From positions 1 to 28,181 of the forward strand of contig NW_021827517.1 of NCBI RefSeq assembly GCF_006345805.1: a DNA stretch of 28,181 nucleotides, in the 5' to 3' direction. A program made the position numbers and the translations under genes. Below are positions 21,958 to 28,181 of this stretch, one piece after another. The stretch's first letter is position 1. The number at the start of each line of letters is the position of its first letter. The notes beneath the pieces are model-generated. The model was given only the letters and a program-made list of their open reading frames with translations, was not told where the DNA came from and made no database searches. Origin of the DNA: Octopus sinensis (taxonomy: Eukaryota).

Positions 21958-23241
21958 CAGGGTGACCCAAAAAGATGTACTCACTCTTTGACTTCCCAGT
22001 AACTCATGCATTTTGTGCTCAAGTAAATGTTTATTGATTTACATACAAGTTAAACTAAATTCAGGAAAATAAATTGTTGTAGAAATGATTATATATTATC
22101 ATTTAGAATTATTTAAAGATCTCTCCCATTTCTCTGTGTTCGTAAATGTTCAAAATGCCTTCCTTCGTTTTCCAAATAATACTGGTAACGTCCAACAACG
22201 GATTCAACAACATTACCAAACATTTCATTTGGAATTGTAAGACATTGTATTCGAATTTCAGTTTTCAAATCATCAAATATACAGCGGTGGTACCCCAGCA
22301 TGGCCACAGCCTTCGGGCTGAAACATTTTAAAGGATTTAAGGATCAATTGTCACTGGTTTTGCAGCGTAAACCTTATCTTTGAGATGTCCCCATAAAAAA
22401 AAAATCCGTTTGTTTGGATTTGTTGCATCGAGGTAAGTCCATACATCACGATGGTAGTGAGGAGGAGCTCCATCTTGCTGGAAGTAAATCTCTTCATCCC
22501 TTAACATCTCTTCAATTCGTGGACCGATATTTTCCATCGGTAAGTCTGAGTAAACTGGGCCACAACTGGTCAAAAAATTTTTTTAAATGGTCCAACGATA
22601 CCCAATATCGACACTTGTAAACACCCGGTAACTTCAGATGGTGTTCCATAGTAAAATGTGGATTTTGATGGGCCCAGTATGTGCCCATCTCGAAGGTGGC
22701 CTCATCGCTCCATAAGATTTTCTCTGGAAATTTGTTCAGATACCATTCACAAATTGAACTCTCCGATCGAGATCATCTTCATTGAGGGCTTGAACATAAC
22801 ATTTCCAAGGAGCTCGTTTCAACATCCGATGAACACTCGATTCTGGGATTCCAATCTCACGACTCAATTGTCTTATGGATTTCTTTGGGGGATCAGGAAA
22901 GGGTTTCCATTAATTGGTTGTGTCTACTGGGGCTGGTGAATGTTTGTGGTCTTCCAGAGCACTGCTTACAAACGTTTTGAACAGTTTCGTATGCTACAAA
23001 TTTATCTCTGATAAGAGCAACAGTGCATCGTGTTGGCGGTGTCTTCTGAAACTGCCTGTTAAATTGTCTTTGCACTTCTGTGACATTTTCATGCTTCCAG
23101 TAGCACTTTAATATAATTTTTCCCCCTCAAACGCTAGTTGTGCATTTGCCATTGTGAAGTGTTGGTTACGTCTGAAATAAAAGAAAATAATATATTAGTA
23201 ATCGTCTGTCAAGAGTGAGTACATCTTTTTGGGACACCCTG
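21958..23241 (-). mobile_element. Tc1/mariner-superfamily DNA transposon (maT/DD37D-like), inactive
   Basis: 31-bp TIRs cagggtg(a/t)cccaaaaagatgtactcactctt (21958-21988, 23211-23241) with TA on both sides. The transposase runs from ATG 23152 through HTH-like QRQFNRQF...SGRP, FQQDGAPPH and FFLWGHLKDKVY; the segment expected to hold the third Asp is missing. Confidence 0.9.
22279..22342 (+). mobile_element. 64-bp SINE/CR1-type 3' tail inserted in the transposase gene
   Basis: gcggtggtaccccagcatggccacagccttcgggctgaaac, flanked by an imperfect 7-bp TSD atcaaat (22272-22278) / atcaatt (22343-22349). Removing it restores KPVTIDDLKTEIR. Confidence 0.78.
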
Positions 23242-23281
23242 TATATATAAAACCATATATATATATATACGGTTATATATA

Positions 23282-24025
23282 TTTTTTTGCAAGATTCTTG
23301 ATGTGAAATCTTGTGTTGAAACAGATGTTGTATTTAGGGATGGTCATGTTGCCAGTTTAGCCAATAAAAACACATGCACTACATATTTGGTGTTAATTTG
23401 CTTCAGCTTTATTTATTTTTTCCATTAATCTTAATCTTATTTCGGCCAGAGTTCTTTCGTCACACTTCTGTGACCACATCAGTGGTCCTTTGCTTTCTTA
23501 TTTCTTATTTGTGTGCCTTTCCTTACTAACAATCAGCCGTTTTATATTTAGTATTCCTTTTGTATGTGTCTTTATTTGTGCATGCGTATACCCCTATGTG
23601 TGTCTATGTTTAGTAAGTACATGTGTGTGGGTGGTGGAAGTGCCTGTATTAACTGTATTCCTGGTTTATACATGTTCGTGTAATTGTTTTTATTTTGTTC
23701 ATGTGTTTATACCTACTTTTTTTTGTATTTAGTTAATTTTTTTAAATTTTAAATTTTGTTAATGTATATAGTTATTTAATTCTATTTGTTTATCTGCGCA
23801 TTTTATTATGTTTTGTGTATACTGTTATCAGTTTATGGGGATCATATTCTGGCATATGTTGTGGTGTGTTGGGGGTGTGTGCTAGTGTTCCATTCCAGCT
23901 TCCTATTCTGGCTAGGTTTATCTTCTATTATATGAGTAGCTTCTGTAATTTGTCTAAGTGTTGCGCCTGTTCTATGTGTGGACAAGATTTTAACTTCTAT
24001 GTTTTTGAGTGAGCACCCGTATTCC
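23282..24025 (-). mobile_element. PLE family 2 (Naiad-like) 3' remnant: endonuclease C-terminus, 3' UTR and tail
   Basis: EVKILSTHRTGATLRQITEATHIIEDKPSQNRKLEWN is homologous to the family 1 C-terminus (LNILSTHPTDAMLRQVTEAVCIQEYKPTLNRKSEWG). The 3' UTR differs from family 1. Confidence 0.78.
23444..23488 (-). ncRNA. Minimal type I hammerhead-like ribozyme, family 2 (C3:G8; position 9 is U in this copy)
   Basis: GGACCA-CUGAUGU-G-GUCAC-agaagu-GUGAC-GAAA-GAACUC-UGGCC. Confidence 0.68.
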
Positions 24026-24315
24026 TGCTGAAACGAAAACAATTGCAGCGTGGAAGGTGTTTATAAACCATTTAAGAAACACAAAAAAGCCGTTAGATAC
24101 ACTTCAACATTTAAATTTAATTTGTCAAAACATTTTCGTCGCTTTGAGACCATGACCTGTTCACTGACAAAACTTCGTGCTGCATCTGAGAAAGTTACAG
24201 TTAGTTCATGATATATATGTATGTATGTATGTGTGTGTGTACATGTATGTGCCATGCATGTGTGCATGCCTATATGCATGTACTTATGTACTTACGTTTG
24301 TATGTGACTATTTAG
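24026..24315 (-). mobile_element. PLE family 1 pLTR fragment joined to the family 2 remnant
   Basis: Matches about 18555-18860; the junction is at tgctg, 24026-24030. Confidence 0.85.
24121..24171 (-). ncRNA. Hammerhead-like motif, family 1 (GUGAACA core)
   Basis: UUUGUCA-GUGAACA-G-GUCAU-ggucucaaa-GCGAC-GAAA-AUGUUU-UGACAAA. Confidence 0.65.
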
Positions 24316-24329
24316 TCATAACCATATAT

Positions 24330-26139
24330 ATACAGGGACCTCCGCCAGAACTATAGGGGCCTTAAAGAGAAAAACTTCCCTGAGGAAAGACAACAAATGT
24401 CTCCCAGGAAAACATTCAGAAAAGAAGTGTGCTCCCCAGATGTTCCGCGCAACGCAGCAGCTGAGCAAGAGTCTTTTTGGTGCATGGCGCAAAGGTTTGT
24501 ACAGCAGTAAACCTGGCTACACCAAGTACAAAGAAGGAACCTTGCCCACCACAGTCAACAGACACAGGATGGTCTCCCCTAATGCCTGCACAGTCGCCAC
24601 CCCAATACTTTTACTAAATATTAGGGGCCTGTTGCATCAAAATAAAAACAAAATTTCTTTCCTGAGAGATCTTACTGCATGCAATCAAGCCCTATGCATA
24701 GCACTTGTGGAAACTCACCTCAGCCCTGATATAGAAGATGCAGAAACACATGTACCAAAGTATGCCATACTGCGAACAGACAGAAGGGAAAGGAGCCATG
24801 GTGGATTTACTGTATACATCCGTGATGACCTCACACCCCACACATACACATATTCAGTATGTGACACTGTAATTGTATACACAAGACAACATAATATAGT
24901 CATATGAAATACATATTGCCCACCAGATGCCCCAAACCACATAGGCAAGTTTGAAGATTGCCTCACAAGAATTAAAGAAATCCTCATGAATCTGGAACAC
25001 CACGTAACCATATTTCTTATGGGTGATTTCAACTTCCCCGATGTCAAATGGCCCGAAGGTCTCATACTCTCAGGAATGACTCATTGCAAGCAAGAACAGG
25101 TGGAGTCCCTGCTCAACCTCACCAATGCCTTATTCATGGAGCAAGCTGTACTCAGACCAACTAGGGCGAATAACATTCTGGATCTCCACTTCACAAACAA
25201 TATGGACATTATTCATGATGTGAAAGTGACACCGGCATTAGTCTTGGATCACAACATAATAGAGCTGTCTATGTTTGGGCCGAAAGTAACCAGAGACATA
25301 CAGCCTAAAGGAAGCACCCGAAAACTCTCCAATCTGAACTTCCACAAAACAGATTGGAAATCGATTAAAAAAGAGATCCTCAGAGAGGACTGGCCGAAAT
25401 GTCTCTCCACACCAGACACTGACATGAAACTAGAATGTTTCAGGTCTTCTGTGCAAGCCGTATGCCAGAAATATGTCCCAGAGCACAAGGCCAAAACAAG
25501 ATTCCAAAAGAGAGGAAGATCCTCATGAGACGACGGGCGAAGGTTGCAAATCAACTCAACCAACATCCCAAAAGTGGCGAAACGTCCCGCCTAAAAACAA
25601 AACTGATAGAGATCGAAAAAAGGCTGCAACAATCCTATGTGAGGGAGAAAGCAGACAAAGAAGCCTGGGTTATAAAAAACATTAAGTCAAACCCAAACGC
25701 CTTCTTTCATTACGCGAAAGAAACAGCCTCAGTACACTACAAGACAGGACCTCTCCTCCAAAAGGATGGCTCCCTCACAGACAGTCCAACTAAGATCAGT
25801 GAGATACTGAATGGCCAGTTCAAAAGTGTCTTTACCACCCGTTGGAACACAGACAAGTGAACGAACCAGTGGACTTCTTTTCCGCCTCACCTATAACCAG
25901 TGAGGCAGTTACAATGGAATACACTGACATTAGCGAAGAAGATATACTACTAGCCACAGATGAAGTGGACACAAACTCAACTGCTTGTCCTGATGGTTTC
26001 CCAGCAATCCTCCTCAAATCGTGTAAACATGCCCTGGCAAAACCCCTCAAGATTCTCTTCCAGAGCTTTCTTACAAATGGCAAACTGCCAAGCAAGCTGA
26101 AGGAGGGAATAATATGCCCAATACGTAAAGGGGGAAGCA
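24330..26139 (+). mobile_element. CR1/L2-group LINE: AP endonuclease and RT N-terminus, 3'-truncated
   Basis: Reads ILLLNIRGL, IALVETHL, LRTDR..RSHGG..VYIR, FLMGDFNFPDVKW, PTRANNILDL.FTN, DHNII, AFFHYAK and PDGFPAILLK.C..ALAKPL.ILFQ..KLKEGIICPIRKGG, with stops and frameshifts. The 5' boundary is approximate. Confidence 0.88.
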
Positions 26140-27130
26140 ACCACTACCGGTTCAGCAACACAAAGTTCCTCCGGTTCACTTTCATTTTCCTTCTCACCTG
26201 CCGGGCAATCTCCGCCCATGTGTCTACCCTTACCATCCAAGCACAGGCGACTCCGTGCGAACTGCTCCTGCAACTGCACAGGCAGACCACCACCTCCTTC
26301 AACTGCCCTCCTGTAGTTACGCAACTGACCCTGCCACTGGTCCACTGCCTGGCACAGTCCCTCGATTTGCCCTCTACAAATCGCTTGTGCCACTTCCAAG
26401 AAATTGGCTGACCCAACCAGCGCTTTATCAGCTCCTGCCTCTACCAGGGTCTGTCCGACCCTCACTCGAGCTTTCACCGTGCACTGCCTGTCAGGCTCCA
26501 CCAGCCATCAAACACAAAGTTCACACGGCACTGGAGCAGTTTACCTGATCTTGGTGGTCCTACCATCGTCCACAGCGCTCTCACCTCGTTATCAGGCTTG
26601 GTCCTCTTTACCACCATAACAGGGTCTGGTCTTCCCTGCACTGAAGGCTTCCTGGAACGCACGTTCGGCTGACAGGCCATCGACACCTGTGGCTTCTTCC
26701 CAATGGGTACTACACCGCTATCCTGAATCCCGGGAGACAAGGGCCCAGATGTGGAAGCATTAAGAAACGGAATGGCAACAGCAACCACCTCAGGCTCAGC
26801 AAGCACTTCAGGTTCAGCAACACAAAGTTCCTCCGGTTCACTTTCTTCATTTTCCTTCTCACTCGCCTGGCAATCTCCGTCCACATGTCCACCCTTACCA
26901 CATGTCCCGCACTCATCTTTAAAAGCTGACCCATCTGCATCCTTAAGCTCTTGGTGATCTTCCCGTAAGCACTGTTGCCTTTTCTCCAGTCCTCCCACAA
27001 ATGTTTCCAGCTGTGTTCTCTGCTCCTTCAACATCTCCACAATCGTAGCCAGGGATATCTCTTCCTCTCCGGCCTGGCTCTTCGTTCGTGCTCCCCCCTA
27101 CGCCACGGCAGACAACCGGCTCACTGCAGC
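26136..27130 (-). pseudogene. Gag-like ORF of an LTR retrotransposon with CCHC zinc knuckle(s), truncated
   Basis: Begins just after the PBS. It contains CGTCGKGGHVDGDC (C-x2-C-x4-H-x4-C, 26870-26911) and a second, frameshifted knuckle module near 26190-26260. No pol was found. Confidence 0.68.
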
Positions 27131-27139
27131 AATTAAAAC

Positions 27140-27155
27140 CCCACTTCTGACACCA
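27140..27155 (-). promoter_or_regulatory. Primer-binding site complementary to the 3' end of tRNA-Leu
   Basis: Minus strand reads ...CATATCA-AC-TGGTGTCAGAAGTGGG. This is complementary to the ...CCCACUUCUGACACCA 3' end of eukaryotic tRNA-Leu(CAA/CAG) (recalled), a PBS typical of Ty3/Gypsy elements. Confidence 0.85.
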
Positions 27156-27157
27156 GT

Positions 27158-28170
27158 TGATATGCCGCCACTCAGGCCCACGATGCCACCACGGGCCCTA
27201 GCGTGCAGCACGTGTGCTCAGTAAACCAGAAATCCACCACGGGAAGGGGGGAGGGCAGCAAACGCAGCCAGGACCAAGAACAACAACAAAAGAAAGAGAC
27301 ATACACAGGCGTTGCATAATTCAGCAAATTTTTTTTTTAACAAAGCATTCAGCAACAAAGGTTAACAACATAATACAGAGTTCGAAAAACAAATCATTTA
27401 ACATTTGACACAGTCTCTTAAAGTTCCACTTTTCTCTTCTTTCTTTTCTTTTCTCTCTCTTCTTCTAACACAGAGAGTTTGTTCTCAAAGATTCTTTCTT
27501 TTCTTTTCAACAGTCTTTTTAAACATTTACAAGTTCTCTTTTTTTTCTTTTCTTTTCAACAGTTTACGTCAGAGTCTCTATTTTTTTTCATTTAAACAAC
27601 ACATCGTCTCTTCTCTCTCTCTTTTTTTTTTACATTTAAACAACACAGTTTAAAACATACAGAAAAACATTTTCTGAACCTCACAACTCCTACTACAACA
27701 ACTTTCTTGGTCGCTCGATTCTCATCTCTCTCACTGACCATCATCTCCAACTACACCTGTCTGTCTCTCACCGTCATCATCTCTAACTGAACATCTTCCG
27801 GTCTTCCGCTCACACTGACCACCTGTCTCTCTCTCTCTCTCTCACTGACCCCTTGTCCGGTCCCCCACTGACACTGACCCTCTCCCGGTCTCTCGCTGAC
27901 TGACTGGCAACTTAGAGCTACCCGTATATATAACGTCGTCCCGTTAGAAAGAGAGACATACCTTAAGCCAACAGCGTGTAACTCCCTTCCCAACATATTT
28001 ATTTTTTTAAACTTTCCGTGACCGTAGGGGGCTAGAGCTCAAGTGCCTACGGCCATTAATAACCATGCTCCTTGACAAAACAAAGGAAATACCACTGTCC
28101 TGAACAACTGGAGCGCCGGTTCGATTCCAACTAATGGAACAAGGGGCATAATGTTTTTTGTTCGTTTACA
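27158..28170 (-). mobile_element. Putative 5' LTR of the Gypsy-like element (far boundary not established)
   Basis: The LTR-like CA end lies 2 nt before the PBS, and there is a TATA-like TATATATA at 27925-27932. TG candidates for the LTR start occur near 27995, 28077 and 28170; there is no second LTR or TSD to confirm any of them. Confidence 0.5.
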
Positions 28171-28181
28171 TTTTCCTTGGC

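Noticed and set aside
28030-28130. tRNA gene or SINE head suggested by GGTTCGATTCC (28118-28128) and an A-box-like agctcaagtg
   Set aside because: The spacing is about 70 nt and no cloverleaf could be formed. The SINE heads elsewhere are likewise tRNA-derived rather than tRNA genes.
27990-28181. Exact 5' boundary and TSD of the LTR
   Set aside because: There are several TG candidates, none forms a clean inverted repeat with the ...TATCA end, and there is no second LTR for comparison.

Overview
Eukaryotic, repeat-saturated genomic DNA. The tRNA-derived SINE and RTE/CR1/Penelope content suggests an octopus or other coleoid cephalopod (inference). The only host coding sequence found is two minus-strand exons of a type I protein arginine methyltransferase, PRMT3 (6619-6806 and 3978-4050). 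They are not in the supplied ORF track. Everything else looks intronic and is filled with decayed mobile elements: RTE and CR1 LINE fragments, four SINE copies plus a fold-back SINE head, piggyBac-like MITE pieces, a TA-flanked Tc1/mariner element, a compound non-autonomous Helitron, the 5' end of a Gypsy-like LTR element (tRNA-Leu PBS, CCHC gag) and three Penelope-like retroelement (PLE) families. The most notable signal is a set of minimal type I hammerhead ribozyme folds in the PLE pseudo-LTRs (pLTRs). Three of four copies of one family have an inverted core pair (G3:C8, GUGAACA instead of CUGANGA) and a palindromic helix III. A sister family in the same window has the normal C3:G8 pair. 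These motifs belong to a 9.1-kb PLE unit with outward-facing pLTR tails and an unrelated PLE fragment at its inversion junction. All alignments and folds were done by eye, with no database search or folding program, and family names are motif-based.
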